Part shown: positions 11,346 through 21,227 of the stretch, piece after piece
How positions within the stretch are numbered: the stretch's first letter is position 1
Layout of the letters: every line of letters starts with the position of its first letter
Assembly (NCBI GenBank): GCA_036512155.1
Contig: DATCBD010000055.1
Location: 14,491-78,490, forward strand
Source: Gaiellaceae bacterium
GTDB lineage: Bacteria; Actinomycetota; Thermoleophilia; Gaiellales; Gaiellaceae
Direction: 5' to 3'
DNA length: 64,000 nt
Program-made: the position numbers and the translations under genes
The notes under the pieces: model-generated
What the model was told of the DNA's origin: nothing
Seen by the model: the letters and a program-made list of their open reading frames with translations, nothing else
The model's database searches: none

Positions 11346-12087
11346 CAAGTGGTCGTCGATCAAGCACAAGAAGGGCGCCGCCGACGCCAAGCGGGGCAAG
11401 CTCTTCTCGAAGCTGTCGCGCGCGATCATCGTCGCGGCGAAGGAGGGCGGCGGAGACCCATCCGGCAACCTCGCGCTGCAGAACGCGATCGAGAAGGCCA
11501 AGTCGTACTCCATGCCGAAGGACAACATCGACCGCGCGATCGCGAAGGGCTCCGGCGCCGACGCAGACGCGAGCGCGTTCGAGACGGTCGTGTACGAGGG
11601 CTTCGGCCCGAGCGGCGTCGCCGTGATCGTCGAGGCGCTCACCGACAACCGCAATCGCACCGCGTCCGACGTGCGCCACACCTTCGCGAAGAACGACGGG
11701 AACCTCGGCGGCTCGGGCGCCGTGGCGTGGCTGTTCGAGCGGCGCGGGCTCGTGGTGGTCGATGCCACGGGCGTCGACGAGGACGAGCTGATGCTCGCGG
11801 CCGCGGAGGGCGGGGCGGAGGACGTCGAGCTCGACGGTTCCAGCTACCAGGTGACCTGTGCGCCGGAGCAGTTGGCGGCGGTGCGGGAAGCGGTCGACAC
11901 GGCCGGGTTCTCCGTCGATGCCGCCGAGCTGACGATGGTGCCGAAGACGACCGTCGAGGTCGCGGACGAGAACGAGGCGAAGAAGATCCTGCGCCTCATC
12001 GACCAGCTGGAGGACAACGACGACGTCCAGGACGTGTTCGCGAACTTCGACATTCCCGAGCGTGTGCTCGAGGCTGTGGCGGGCTAG
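11332..12087 (+). CDS. yebC: YebC/PmpR family DNA-binding regulator
   Basis: [28 protein letters not shown] is a canonical N-terminus. Confidence 0.92.
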   Translation: MSGHSKWSSIKHKKGAADAKRGKLFSKLSRAIIVAAKEGGGDPSGNLALQNAIEKAKSYSMPKDNIDRAIAKGSGADADASAFETVVYEGFGPSGVAVIVEALTDNRNRTASDVRHTFAKNDGNLGGSGAVAWLFERRGLVVVDATGVDEDELMLAAAEGGAEDVELDGSSYQVTCAPEQLAAVREAVDTAGFSVDAAELTMVPKTTVEVADENEAKKILRLIDQLEDNDDVQDVFANFDIPERVLEAVAG

Positions 12088-12113
12088 GGCATCGGCCCCC
12101 GAAGGATGACGGG

Positions 12114-12147
12114 CGGTGTCAGACACCGATTCCGGTGTCTGACACCG
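12114..12147. terminator. perfect 15-bp stem / 4-nt loop hairpin between yebC and ruvC
   Basis: CGGTGTCAGACACCG-ATTC-CGGTGTCTGACACCG. There is no U-tract (followed by AAAGAAGG). Confidence 0.5.
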
Positions 12148-12185
12148 AAAGAAGGATCGTCCGACCCGCTGCCTAACCTCTCCCC

Positions 12186-12674
12186 GTGAAGGTCGTCGGC
12201 ATCGATCCAGGGACGGCTGCTTGCGGGTACGGGATCGTCCACGAAAGCGGCGGGCGCCTCCGGGGCATTCACCACGGCTGGTGGTCCACGTCGCCGCGCG
12301 AGCGCCCAGAGGTTCGGCTCATGACGATCTACGACGGGGTGGCCGGTCTCATCGCCGAGTACGCCCCGGATGCGGTCGTCCTCGAGGAGTCCTTCGTCGG
12401 CGTCGACGCCCGCACCGCGCTCTCCGTCGGACAGGCGCGCGGCGCCGTGCTCGTCGCGGCCGCCCACGCCGGCCTGCCCTGCGCGGAGTACGCGCCGTCC
12501 GCCGTGAAGAACGCCGTGTGCGGATACGGCCGTGCCGAGAAGTCTCAGGTGCAGCGGATGGTAAAGGCCATCCTCGGGCTCGACGCGCTCCCGACTCCCG
12601 ACCACGCAGCTGACGCGCTCGCGGTCGCGATCTGCCATGCGCTCGCGCCGCGGCTGTTGAAGATGGCCGGATGA
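12186..12674 (+). CDS. ruvC: Holliday junction resolvase
   Basis: VVGIDPG...YG start, EESF, and the DAADALAVAICH C-terminal motif. Confidence 0.92.
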   Translation: MKVVGIDPGTAACGYGIVHESGGRLRGIHHGWWSTSPRERPEVRLMTIYDGVAGLIAEYAPDAVVLEESFVGVDARTALSVGQARGAVLVAAAHAGLPCAEYAPSAVKNAVCGYGRAEKSQVQRMVKAILGLDALPTPDHAADALAVAICHALAPRLLKMAG

Positions 12675-13225
12675 TCGCGCAGCTGCGCGGCAAGCCGGTC
12701 GCCTCGACCCCGGAAGGTCTCGTGCTCGACGTCGGTGGCGTCGGCTATCTCGTTGCCGCCACGCCTGCGGCCGTGCGCAAGGCGAGCGGGGTGGACGAGG
12801 TGACGATCGAGACGTACATGGTCGTGCGCGAGGACGCACTGCAGCTCTACGGCTTCGCCGAGCGCGCCGAGCGCGACCTGTTCGTCCAGCTCTTGACCGT
12901 GAACGGCGTCGGACCCAAGGTCGCGCTCGCGATCGTCTCCGGCTCCCCGGCCGACGAGCTCCGGCGCGCCATCGTGCGCGAGGACATCGCCCGCTTCGTG
13001 GCCATCCCCGGGATCGGCAAGAAGACGGCCGAGCGCATCGTGCTCGAGCTCAAGGAGAAGGTCGGCGTGCTGGAGGCGATGGCGCCGACGGGTGACCTCG
13101 TCGCGCGCGACGCACTCGTTGAGCTCGGCTGGTCGGTGCTCGACGCGGAGCGCGCGCTGCAGGACGTCGACGAGACGCTGCCGGTCGAAGAGCAGGTCCG
13201 GGCCGCGCTCCGGAGGGCGGCATGA
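12671..13225 (+). CDS. ruvA: Holliday junction branch migration complex subunit RuvA
   Basis: MIAQLRGK..., HhH motif region [16 protein letters not shown] overlap with ruvC. Confidence 0.92.
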   Translation: MIAQLRGKPVASTPEGLVLDVGGVGYLVAATPAAVRKASGVDEVTIETYMVVREDALQLYGFAERAERDLFVQLLTVNGVGPKVALAIVSGSPADELRRAIVREDIARFVAIPGIGKKTAERIVLELKEKVGVLEAMAPTGDLVARDALVELGWSVLDAERALQDVDETLPVEEQVRAALRRAA

Positions 13226-14232
13226 GTACGCAGTTCCTCGCACCCGTCGTCGCAGAGGAGGACCAGGAGCTCGAGCAGACGCTGCGCCCGCGCCGCCTGG
13301 ACGAGTTCGTCGGGCAGGAGCGGGTCAAGGAGCAGCTCGCGATCGCGCTCACGGCCGCGCAGGCGCGCGGCGAGGCGCTCGACCACGTCCTCCTCGTCGG
13401 GCCCCCGGGTCTCGGCAAGACGAGCCTCGCGTTCATTGTCCGCGAGGAGCTCGGCGTCGGCATCCGCACGGTCGCCGGCCCCGCGCTCGAGCGCAAGGGC
13501 GACATGGCGGCCATCCTCACTGCGCTCGAGCCGCGCGACGTGCTGTTCGTGGACGAGATCCACCGGCTCAACCGCGCGATCGAGGAGATCCTCTATCCCG
13601 CGCTCGAGGACTTCCGCCTCGACATCATCGTCGGCCAGGGGCCGGCGGCGCGCACGCTGACGCTCGACCTGCCGCACTTCACGCTCATCGGCGCGACGAC
13701 GCGCACAGGGCTCTTGACGACGCCGCTGCGCGACCGCTTCGGCATGACGTTCCGCCTCGACTACTACGAGCCGGCGGAGCTGACGACCATCGTCCACCGG
13801 TCGGCGCGCATTCTCGGCGTCGAGATCGCCGCCGACGCCGCCCAGGAGATTGCGCGCCGCTCGCGCGGAACGCCGCGCATCGCGAATCGCATCCTCCGGC
13901 GCGTGCGCGACGTCGCCCAGGTGCGGCACGAAGGCTCGATCACGAACGCGATCGCAGCCGAGGCGCTCGAGCTGCTCGAGGTCGACCAGGTCGGGCTCGA
14001 GCGGACGGATCGCGAGCTGCTGCGCACCATCGCCGGCAAGTTCGAGGGCGGCCCCGTCGGGCTGTCCACGCTTGCGGTCTCGCTCGGCGAGGAGCCGGAC
14101 ACGATCGAGGACGTGTACGAGCCGTATCTGCTCCAGCTCGGCTTCATCCAGCGCACGCCGCGCGGCCGCACGATCACGAAGCTCGGACGGGCGCACGTGG
14201 GCGCAGCGGCCGGCGACGCGAAGCTGTTCTAG
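13222..14232 (+). CDS. ruvB: Holliday junction branch migration helicase RuvB
   Basis: [13 protein letters not shown], Walker A GPPGLGKT, Walker B LFVDEIH. Confidence 0.95.
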   Translation: MSTQFLAPVVAEEDQELEQTLRPRRLDEFVGQERVKEQLAIALTAAQARGEALDHVLLVGPPGLGKTSLAFIVREELGVGIRTVAGPALERKGDMAAILTALEPRDVLFVDEIHRLNRAIEEILYPALEDFRLDIIVGQGPAARTLTLDLPHFTLIGATTRTGLLTTPLRDRFGMTFRLDYYEPAELTTIVHRSARILGVEIAADAAQEIARRSRGTPRIANRILRRVRDVAQVRHEGSITNAIAAEALELLEVDQVGLERTDRELLRTIAGKFEGGPVGLSTLAVSLGEEPDTIEDVYEPYLLQLGFIQRTPRGRTITKLGRAHVGAAAGDAKLF

Positions 14233-14350
14233 CGACCGCGCTGGATGGTGTTCGCGTCGGCCATCTTGCCGGCGGGAATTTCATCGCGCCGTGGAGGTTC
14301 CGTCCCCGGCGAGGGCCGTTTGAAGAGCTTCGCTACCAACGACGGAAGCT

Positions 14351-15046
14351 TCACGCCGCGACTCTACTCCCTCGCAGCGGCGCCCGCCTCGATGCCGCGG
14401 CAACGATCCACGGCGCGACGAGGAGCGCCATCACGTCGAACCAGACGTAGCCGCTCGCGACGCCGCTCGGCGGGTTCCCGTCCGCGATCCCGAGACCGGG
14501 GATCGTCCGCGCCCAGCGCCACGTGCCGATCGACGTGCCGTATAGCTCGAGCGCGCCGACGACGAGGAACACCGCCGCGTACGTCGCGCGTGCGCGCGAC
14601 CGCCATAGGAAGACGCAGAGCAGCGGGACGCCGATCGCACCGCCGACGTCGAGGCGGGGCAGCAACGTCAGCCCTGCGAGCCCCCAGCCGACGGAGCCGA
14701 TCGCGGCGGCCGCGACGAGCCTGCGCGCCGGCACGATCCGCGTCAGCGCGAGCCCGCTGAGGTAGACGACGCCGTGCGCCGGCGGGATGAACAACGGCAG
14801 GTTGTGCAGCCGGTAGTGGTAGACGCCCCAGATGAGCGATCCCGTGACCTCGCCGACGGTTGCGAAGACGACGACGCCGAGCGCCTGCGCGCGCGCAAGC
14901 GGCGCGAGCGGCCGCAGTGCAGCCGCGAGGACGATCCACGTCAGCGCGCCGAGCGCCAGCTGGCCGCCGTAGCCCACTTGCGTGTCCACCGCGAGCAGCG
15001 CCGCGAGGTACGCGGGCCCCACCGCCGCGTAGAAGCGCGGCGTCAC
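14351..15046 (-). CDS. membrane protein, unknown function
   Basis: 231 aa, multiple TM segments. GTGA overlap with the upstream gene. Confidence 0.55.
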   Translation of the reverse strand: MTPRFYAAVGPAYLAALLAVDTQVGYGGQLALGALTWIVLAAALRPLAPLARAQALGVVVFATVGEVTGSLIWGVYHYRLHNLPLFIPPAHGVVYLSGLALTRIVPARRLVAAAAIGSVGWGLAGLTLLPRLDVGGAIGVPLLCVFLWRSRARATYAAVFLVVGALELYGTSIGTWRWARTIPGLGIADGNPPSGVASGYVWFDVMALLVAPWIVAAASRRAPLRGSRVAA

Positions 15047-15546
15047 GGCCGGTACTGGAGCTCGTGCCAGCTCGGCGTCGGCAGCAGCTCGAGCAGCGCG
15101 CGCCCGCCGTGCGGGTCGCGGTACGAGAACTCGGAGGTGTCGTCATCCCAGCCGACCTCGAGCTTGCCTTCTTTCACGTGATGGTCGAGCCACGCGCCGC
15201 GGAAGACGAGCCGCTTCAACCAGTCGAGGAGCGACTCGCCGCCGACGAGGGAGACTTCGTCCCAGCGGCGAACGAGATAGCGGCCGAGCGCGCTGCGCGG
15301 TTCCTCGATGGAACCGAGCTCCACGAGCTCGACCAGGTCGGCCGTCTCGTCGCCGTCGAGCTCGTTCCCCGGAATGAGGCCGAGCTTGACGGCGGCTGCC
15401 GTGACGCGCTGCTCGAAGTCCTCCGCGTTGAAGCTGAAGCTGTAGCCGAGGAACTCGACGAGATAGTCGTCCCCCGAGTTGTAGTGGGCCTCGGCCTCCA
15501 CCGTCCAAGCGTACCCTTGCCCTGTGCGCTCACTCCGCATTCCCAT
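15043..15546 (-). CDS. hypothetical cytosolic protein
   Basis: ORF 15043..15735. I placed the start at MGMRSER (15546), because the upstream 63 aa are low-complexity. Confidence 0.5.
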   Translation of the reverse strand: MGMRSERTGQGYAWTVEAEAHYNSGDDYLVEFLGYSFSFNAEDFEQRVTAAAVKLGLIPGNELDGDETADLVELVELGSIEEPRSALGRYLVRRWDEVSLVGGESLLDWLKRLVFRGAWLDHHVKEGKLEVGWDDDTSEFSYRDPHGGRALLELLPTPSWHELQYRP

Positions 15547-15811
15547 AGCTGCTGCCGTCGTGCTCGCACTCGTCGTGTTGACAGCCCTCGCGCTCGGCTG
15601 GTCGGTGCAGCGCGCGGCGTATCTCGCGCCTGTGATCGTGGTCGGATTCGCAGCCGTCGCGGGCCTGCTCATCCTGTGGGGCAAGGTCGCGGTGCAGCAG
15701 TTGCGCGAGACCAAGCGCCCGCGGCTCGTGCTCACGCTGTGGGTCGTCGGACTCGCGCTGCTCGTCGTGCTGAGCTTCCTCGGCGTGAAGCTCCCGCGCG
15801 AAGGCGGTTGA
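15524..15811 (+). CDS. small membrane protein (3 TM), unknown function
   Basis: 95-aa hydrophobic ORF with high GC3. The start is uncertain (GTG 15524 or GTG 15560). Confidence 0.4.
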   Translation: MRSLRIPIAAAVVLALVVLTALALGWSVQRAAYLAPVIVVGFAAVAGLLILWGKVAVQQLRETKRPRLVLTLWVVGLALLVVLSFLGVKLPREGG

Positions 15812-17221
15812 TCACTCGCCGAAGCGAGCGACGAGCGCCGGCCACAGGCTCGGCAAGCTCGAGCGGAGGTCGCACCGCGCGATCGGCTCTCCGCGTTCCT
15901 GGTTGTCGACCGGCATCAGAATCCGCGCGACGATGAGATAGCGGCTGCAGAACGTCGCATCGGTGGGCGAGAAGCCGACGAGCAGCGCGCGCTGACCGGC
16001 GACCGCCGGCCGCCAGTAGCGAAAGGTGACGTCTGGGGAGGCAACCGGCGGCAGGTCGTGGCCGAACAGCTCGAGCGCACTGGCCTCGCCGTAGTTGCTC
16101 GCTAGAACGACGTCGACGCCTCGCGCATTCAACGACACCAGATCGGCGAGCTGGGGCCAGCCGATCTCGTCCTGGTAGTCGCTTCGGTCCTTGATGATGC
16201 CGTGGGCATTCGCAGTCGTCAGCGGGAGGACGGGGACGGCGATCGGAAGCGCGACGAGGAAGGCGGCTCCGTACGCCGCGCCTGCGATCCGCAGCCTGCG
16301 TCGCGTCGCCCACGCCTCGAACGGGACGGCGCCCGCAGCGAGCGCGAACAGCACCTCCGGAGCGGCGTAGTACGACTTGCCGCCAAGCACGAAGTACGCG
16401 ACAACGCTCCCGACGACCGTCCAGGCGAGCGGGCGCGCGACGCGCAGCCGGTGCAGCCGCACGATGCCCGCGACGACGACGGGGACGCCGACGAACGCGA
16501 CGAGCAGCAGAACGTTCACGATGAACTGCGGCCGCGACTCGTCTGTCGCGCTCCCCGGCGGGTGCACGAAGAAGTGGACGCTCACCCAGTCGTGCTGTGC
16601 CTCCCACACGAGATTCGGGACGAGCAGCACGACTGCGATTGCCGTCGCGCGGGCGACGCCGGCGAGCTGCAGCGCATCGCGTCGCCAAACGGCGAACGTC
16701 GCGACGAGGAGAACGAGCGGGATCGAGAGCGTGTACTTCGTCTCGAGACCGATGCCGACGACGACGCCGATCCATGTCCACGAGCCGCGGCCGAGCGCGA
16801 GCCGCAGAGCGAGCCACAGGACGACGAGCGTCGCGAGCGAGTCGAACGACACGGGCTGAAACAGCCCATTCGTCGCCAGGACGATCGGCGAGAAGCCGAC
16901 GGCGATCGCCGCGATGATCTGTGCTCGCCGTCCGCCGCCGAGCTCGCGCGCGACGAGTGCCGCGACGACGACGCTCGCCGCGCCGGCGAGGACCGGGAAA
17001 ACGCGGAAGCCGACGAGCGAGTATCCGAAGAGGAACCGCGCGAGCGCGGAGAGCAGCGCCGTGACCGGCGGGAACTCGACGTAGCCGCCCTGCAGGTGCT
17101 TCCCCGCGACGGCGTAGTAGAGCTCGTCGCGCTGCCAGCCGTAGTGGTTCGCGAAGCCGAGGTCGAGCGCGGACTTGAGCGCGGCGACGACGAGAACCGG
17201 TCGTGCCGCGAAGCGGATCAC
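15812..17221 (-). CDS. GT39/ArnT-like (PMT_2) glycosyltransferase
   Basis: Multi-TM protein with an N-terminal DELYY motif (GWQRDELYYAVAG) typical of dolichyl-phosphate-mannose/ArnT-type transferases. GTG 17221 lies in a GTGA overlap. Confidence 0.7.
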   Translation of the reverse strand: MIRFAARPVLVVAALKSALDLGFANHYGWQRDELYYAVAGKHLQGGYVEFPPVTALLSALARFLFGYSLVGFRVFPVLAGAASVVVAALVARELGGGRRAQIIAAIAVGFSPIVLATNGLFQPVSFDSLATLVVLWLALRLALGRGSWTWIGVVVGIGLETKYTLSIPLVLLVATFAVWRRDALQLAGVARATAIAVVLLVPNLVWEAQHDWVSVHFFVHPPGSATDESRPQFIVNVLLLVAFVGVPVVVAGIVRLHRLRVARPLAWTVVGSVVAYFVLGGKSYYAAPEVLFALAAGAVPFEAWATRRRLRIAGAAYGAAFLVALPIAVPVLPLTTANAHGIIKDRSDYQDEIGWPQLADLVSLNARGVDVVLASNYGEASALELFGHDLPPVASPDVTFRYWRPAVAGQRALLVGFSPTDATFCSRYLIVARILMPVDNQERGEPIARCDLRSSLPSLWPALVARFGE

Positions 17222-18258
17222 GCCAACGCTTCCAGCAGCCGGTCGACGTCCGCGCGGTCGTTGTACGACGCGATCGAGAGACGCAGCAGCGCTCCGTCGT
17301 CCGAGACGGGAATCTCGATGCGGTGCTCGTCGAACAGCCGGCGATTGAGATCCACATCGGGCTCCGGCAGACGGACGCTCGCCATCTGCAGCACCATCGA
17401 CTCCGGCGCGATCGGCTCGATGGCGAACAGCTCGCACAGATCGCGCCGCGCCTCGCGGGCAAGCGCGACGCATCGCTCACGCTCGTCGTGCTCGCGGAAG
17501 AACTTGATAGCTGCGGGGACGCTGAGGTACGCGGACGAGTCGCGCGTGCCCTGCCGCTCCGTGCGGGAGATGAACGTCGCCGGCTCCTCGTAGCCCCAGC
17601 TCGTGATCGCGCCGTCGACGCGCTCCTGCCACTCGGGCCGCACGTGCAGGAAGCCCGCGCCCTTCGGAGCGCACAGCCACTTGTGGCAGTTGCCCGTGTA
17701 GAAGTCGGCGCCGAGCGCGTCGAGATCGAGGTCGACCTGCGCAACCGCGTGCGCGCCGTCGACGATCGTCGCGAGCCCGAGCGAACGCGCGTGGGCGACG
17801 ATCTCCTCGACCGGGAGGAGGAGCGCGGTCTCGGAGGTGATGTGCGACACGAACACCGCCTTCGTCCGCTCGGTCACGTGCTCGAAGAGCTCATCGAAGT
17901 CTGCCTGGACGAAGGTGCACATCCGTTGCCACGTCAGAACGCACGCGCCGTACTCGAGGTTCGTCGAGAGCACCTCGTCGCCCGGCTGCAGGTCGAGCGC
18001 GCGCGCGGCCATGTTCACGCCGGTGGTGGCGTTCTGGACGAAGGTCAGGTCGTCCGCCCGGGCACCGACGAAGGCGCCCAGCTCGGCTCTCGCCTCCGCC
18101 AGCAGCGGGCCGAGCCGGCGCGCGATGAAGTCGACCGGCTCTCGCTCCAGCTCCCGCTGCCAGGCCTGGTAGCGCTCGAAGACGGCCTGCGGCGTGGCCC
18201 CGAAGGAGCCGTGGTTGAGGAACGTCACCTCGGGGTCCAGGAGGAACAGGTCTCTCAC
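17218..18258 (-). CDS. class V aminotransferase-fold PLP enzyme (isopenicillin-N-epimerase-like)
   Basis: FLNHGSFGATP, SHITSETA and NCHKWL (PLP Lys region). I placed the start at GTG 18258. Confidence 0.75.
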   Translation of the reverse strand: MRDLFLLDPEVTFLNHGSFGATPQAVFERYQAWQRELEREPVDFIARRLGPLLAEARAELGAFVGARADDLTFVQNATTGVNMAARALDLQPGDEVLSTNLEYGACVLTWQRMCTFVQADFDELFEHVTERTKAVFVSHITSETALLLPVEEIVAHARSLGLATIVDGAHAVAQVDLDLDALGADFYTGNCHKWLCAPKGAGFLHVRPEWQERVDGAITSWGYEEPATFISRTERQGTRDSSAYLSVPAAIKFFREHDERERCVALAREARRDLCELFAIEPIAPESMVLQMASVRLPEPDVDLNRRLFDEHRIEIPVSDDGALLRLSIASYNDRADVDRLLEALA

Positions 18259-18305
18259 AGGGCCAACCGTATGCCGTCCGACGGTGCCCGTAGCGTGGCT
18301 GCTCG

Positions 18306-20174
18306 ATGCACGAGGGCAGCTGGACACTGAGTCCGGCGTCGCACGAGGTGCAGGCCGAGCTCGCATCCTCACTCGGGGTGAGCGAGCTGACGGCAGGCGT
18401 TCTCGCTCGGCGCGGATACGACGACCCCGCAGCTGCGCGGGCGTTTCTCGCCGGCGAGCTGCCCCCGCACGACCCGTTCCTCCTCGGCGACATGGCCGTC
18501 GCCTGCGAGCGCATCCGCGCCGCGATCGCCGACGGCCGCCGGATCTGCGTGCACGGCGACTACGACGTCGACGGCATCTCCGCCACCGCGCTCGCCGTCC
18601 ATCTCCTGCGCGAGCTCGGCGCCGACGTCGACTGGCACCTGCCGAGCCGGTTCGACGAGGGGTACGGCGTCAGCGCCGCGACGCTTGCGCGGCTGGCCGA
18701 CGAAGGCTGCGGCCTCGTGCTCACGGTCGACTGCGGCATCACGGCGGTGGAGGAGGTGGCCGACGCGCGCGCACGCGGCCTCGAGGTGATCGTCACCGAC
18801 CACCACCGGCCCGGCGAGACGTTGCCCGACTGCCCGATCGTCGCGACGCGGCCGTCTGACTATCCGTTCCCCGAGCTGTGCGGCACCGGTGTCGTCTACA
18901 AGCTCGGCCAGGCGCTGTTCGGCGTCGACTCGGAGATCCCGAAGCGGCATCTCGACCTGGTCGCGTTGGCAACGATTGCCGACGTCGTCCCGCTGGTGGA
19001 TGAGAACCGCACGATGGCGATCGCGGGATTGCGCGCGCTCGCGCGCACGCAGAAGCCTGGCCTGCAGGCACTGATGAAGGTGGCGGGCGTCGATCCGGCC
19101 GCGATCGACGCCGGCGCTGTCGGCTTCCGGCTCGGGCCGCGCATCAACGCCGCCGGCCGGCTCGGCCATCCGCGCGCAGCGCTCCATCTTCTGCTGACGG
19201 ACGACGCCGAAGAGGCGCGGCTCCTCGCGGACACGCTCGAGGAGCTGAACCACGAGCGGCAGGCCGTCGAGGGCCGCATCGTGCGCGAGGCGATCGCTCA
19301 GGTCGAGCAGTGGCCCGAGGCGGACAAGCGCCGTCGCGCGTACGTCGTCGCGGGGGAGGACTGGCACGAGGGCGTGATCGGCATCGTCGCGTCGCGGCTC
19401 GTCGAGCGCTTCAACCGTCCGGTCGTGCTCATCGCCGGCGGCGAGGGCGACTGGAAGGGATCGGGCCGTTCGATCGCGTCGTTCGACCTCCATGCGGGCC
19501 TCGGCGCGTGCGCGGACCTGCTGGAGCGCTGGGGAGGACATCGCGCGGCGGCCGGTCTCTCGATCATGCCGGAGAACATCCCTGCCTTCGCGGAGCGCTT
19601 CGCCGCGCACGCGGCCGGGCTGCTCGAGGAGGAAGACCTGCGCACGGTCACGCGCGTCGACGGGATCGTCCCGCGCGGGACGCGGCTGACGCTCGACCTG
19701 TGCACGGAGCTTGCACAGCTCGCGCCGTTCGGCCTCGGGAACCCGGAGGTGACGCTGCTCGCGCCCGGGTGCGAGCTGGGCGACCTCGCCACCGTCGGCG
19801 ATGGCAAGCACCTGCGCTTCCGCGTGCGGCGCGACGGCGCCGACGCGGGCAGCGCGATCGCGTTCGGGATCGGCTCCCGGCTCGACGTCTACCGGCAGGA
19901 AGGCCGGTGGGACGTCGCGTTCCGCCTGTCGGAGAACCGCTGGAACGGGACCGTTTCACCGCAGCTCGTCGTGCGGCGGATCTTCGCGGCCGACCCGCGG
20001 ATCGAGGAGCTGCGCGAGTGGCTCATCGGCGAGTACCGCAAGCCAGAGGCCGCGCGCGATGCAGAGGCGACGGCGATCTTCGCGGAGCTCGGCCCGGGCA
20101 AGCGGCACGTGCTCGAGTCGGAGCGCTTCCGCGCGCTCCTCGCAGGCCCGCCTGTGCTTGCGCGCGCTGCCTAG
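18306..20174 (+). CDS. recJ: single-stranded-DNA-specific exonuclease
   Basis: DHH motifs VHGDYDVDG, DCG, VTDHH. DHHA1 region GGHRAAAG. Confidence 0.92.
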   Translation: MHEGSWTLSPASHEVQAELASSLGVSELTAGVLARRGYDDPAAARAFLAGELPPHDPFLLGDMAVACERIRAAIADGRRICVHGDYDVDGISATALAVHLLRELGADVDWHLPSRFDEGYGVSAATLARLADEGCGLVLTVDCGITAVEEVADARARGLEVIVTDHHRPGETLPDCPIVATRPSDYPFPELCGTGVVYKLGQALFGVDSEIPKRHLDLVALATIADVVPLVDENRTMAIAGLRALARTQKPGLQALMKVAGVDPAAIDAGAVGFRLGPRINAAGRLGHPRAALHLLLTDDAEEARLLADTLEELNHERQAVEGRIVREAIAQVEQWPEADKRRRAYVVAGEDWHEGVIGIVASRLVERFNRPVVLIAGGEGDWKGSGRSIASFDLHAGLGACADLLERWGGHRAAAGLSIMPENIPAFAERFAAHAAGLLEEEDLRTVTRVDGIVPRGTRLTLDLCTELAQLAPFGLGNPEVTLLAPGCELGDLATVGDGKHLRFRVRRDGADAGSAIAFGIGSRLDVYRQEGRWDVAFRLSENRWNGTVSPQLVVRRIFAADPRIEELREWLIGEYRKPEAARDAEATAIFAELGPGKRHVLESERFRALLAGPPVLARAA

Positions 20175-20893
20175 CTCTTGCGGCCGACGAAGATCGCCCA
20201 GCCGAGCAGGCGGCGCTGGAAACGCAGGTAGTGGTCGCGGCCTTGCTCGTGACGCTCGCGAATGCCAGGCGCGTCAGGGTCGTCCGGGTTGGCGGCGAGC
20301 CATTCCTCGAGCGCGCGCCAGTGATACGACTCGTACCGGTCCCAGTCGTCCTCCGATGCGGCGATGAGCCCGACGAGGGCGAGGCCGGCGGCCTCGAAGC
20401 GCGCGACGGTCTCGGGGAGCGTTACCCAGCCCTCGTCCTCGACCTCGGTCGGCAGCGGCCACTCGCGCCAGTACGGCTCTCCGACCGCGACGAATCCGCC
20501 CGAGCGCACCGCGGGCGCGAGCGCGGCGAGCGTCCCGTCCAGATCGTCGTAGACGAACGACGCGCCGAGGCAGAGAGCGGCGTCCCATGACTCGGCCTCG
20601 AGCGGGTACGCACGCGCGTCGCCCTCGACGATCTCGATGCGCCCCGCCAGGTGCGCGGCGGCGATGCGTTCGCGGCCGGCGGCGACGAACTCGGGCGCGC
20701 GCTCGACGCCGAGGATGCTGCAGCCGAACTCCGCTGCCAGGACGAGCGCCGGGCCGGCCTTCCCGCACGCGACGTCGAGGACGCGCGAGTCGGGGCCGAG
20801 GCGGAGCAGCCGCCCGAGGTCGCGGATCTTCTCCGACCTCGTCGGGTCCTGGATCTCGTGGTCGCGCTCGGCGACGGCGAAGTACCACGGCAT
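20171..20893 (-). CDS. class I SAM-dependent methyltransferase
   Basis: Motif I VLDVACGKAGPA. Shares a CTAG stop/stop overlap with recJ. Confidence 0.8.
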   Translation of the reverse strand: MPWYFAVAERDHEIQDPTRSEKIRDLGRLLRLGPDSRVLDVACGKAGPALVLAAEFGCSILGVERAPEFVAAGRERIAAAHLAGRIEIVEGDARAYPLEAESWDAALCLGASFVYDDLDGTLAALAPAVRSGGFVAVGEPYWREWPLPTEVEDEGWVTLPETVARFEAAGLALVGLIAASEDDWDRYESYHWRALEEWLAANPDDPDAPGIRERHEQGRDHYLRFQRRLLGWAIFVGRKS

Positions 20894-20911
20894 GCCCGCA
20901 AGACTACGGTG

Positions 20912-21075
20912 AGCGGGTGCGTCCGCAAGTGGCGGTCAGCTCTGCCGGCTGCAAACGCGTCGCATCCCTGCGTCCTCGGTCGCGTCCGTAGCTACGGCTA
21001 CGGCCGCTCCCTGCGTCCTTGGGCTGCTCGGTTTTCGCTCGGCAGAGCAAGACCGAACTTACGGACGCACCCGCT
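20912..21075. repeat. 164-bp nested inverted-repeat element (MITE-like or structured RNA)
   Basis: Outer arms 20912..20930 and 21057..21075 pair at 18/19. Inner arms GCTCTGCCG (20939..20947) and CGGCAGAGC (21040..21048) pair at 9/9. Central palindrome CCGTAGCTACGG (20986..20997) is flanked by the direct repeat TCCCTGCGTCCT at 20965 and 21008. Confidence 0.7.
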
Positions 21076-21227
21076 AGCGAGCGAGCGCGGCGAGGACGGC
21101 CGCGAGCTTCTCGACCTTGCGGGCGTCACGTCGCCGGAGTCGGAGCATGAGGCGCGTCACTTCGACTTCTCAACGTCCGTTCCTCCCTCGGAGGTGCGCC
21201 TGAAAGGGCCGGGAGTACACTGAAATC

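Noticed and set aside
15732-17744. 670-aa minus-strand ORF overlapping the GT39 and aminotransferase genes, plus the antisense 463-aa ORF 16202..17593.
   Set aside because: Extreme Arg/Ala/Ser composition and no motifs. The alternative frame encodes a coherent multi-TM glycosyltransferase and a PLP enzyme.
18369-19811. 480-aa ORF antisense to recJ. Similar antisense ORFs are 21126..22568 (relA), 58664..60277 (two-component genes), 47599..49458 (pafBC-like) and 53817..55016 (thiolase).
   Set aside because: All lie opposite genes with unambiguous homology and have Arg/Asp/Val-biased shadow composition.
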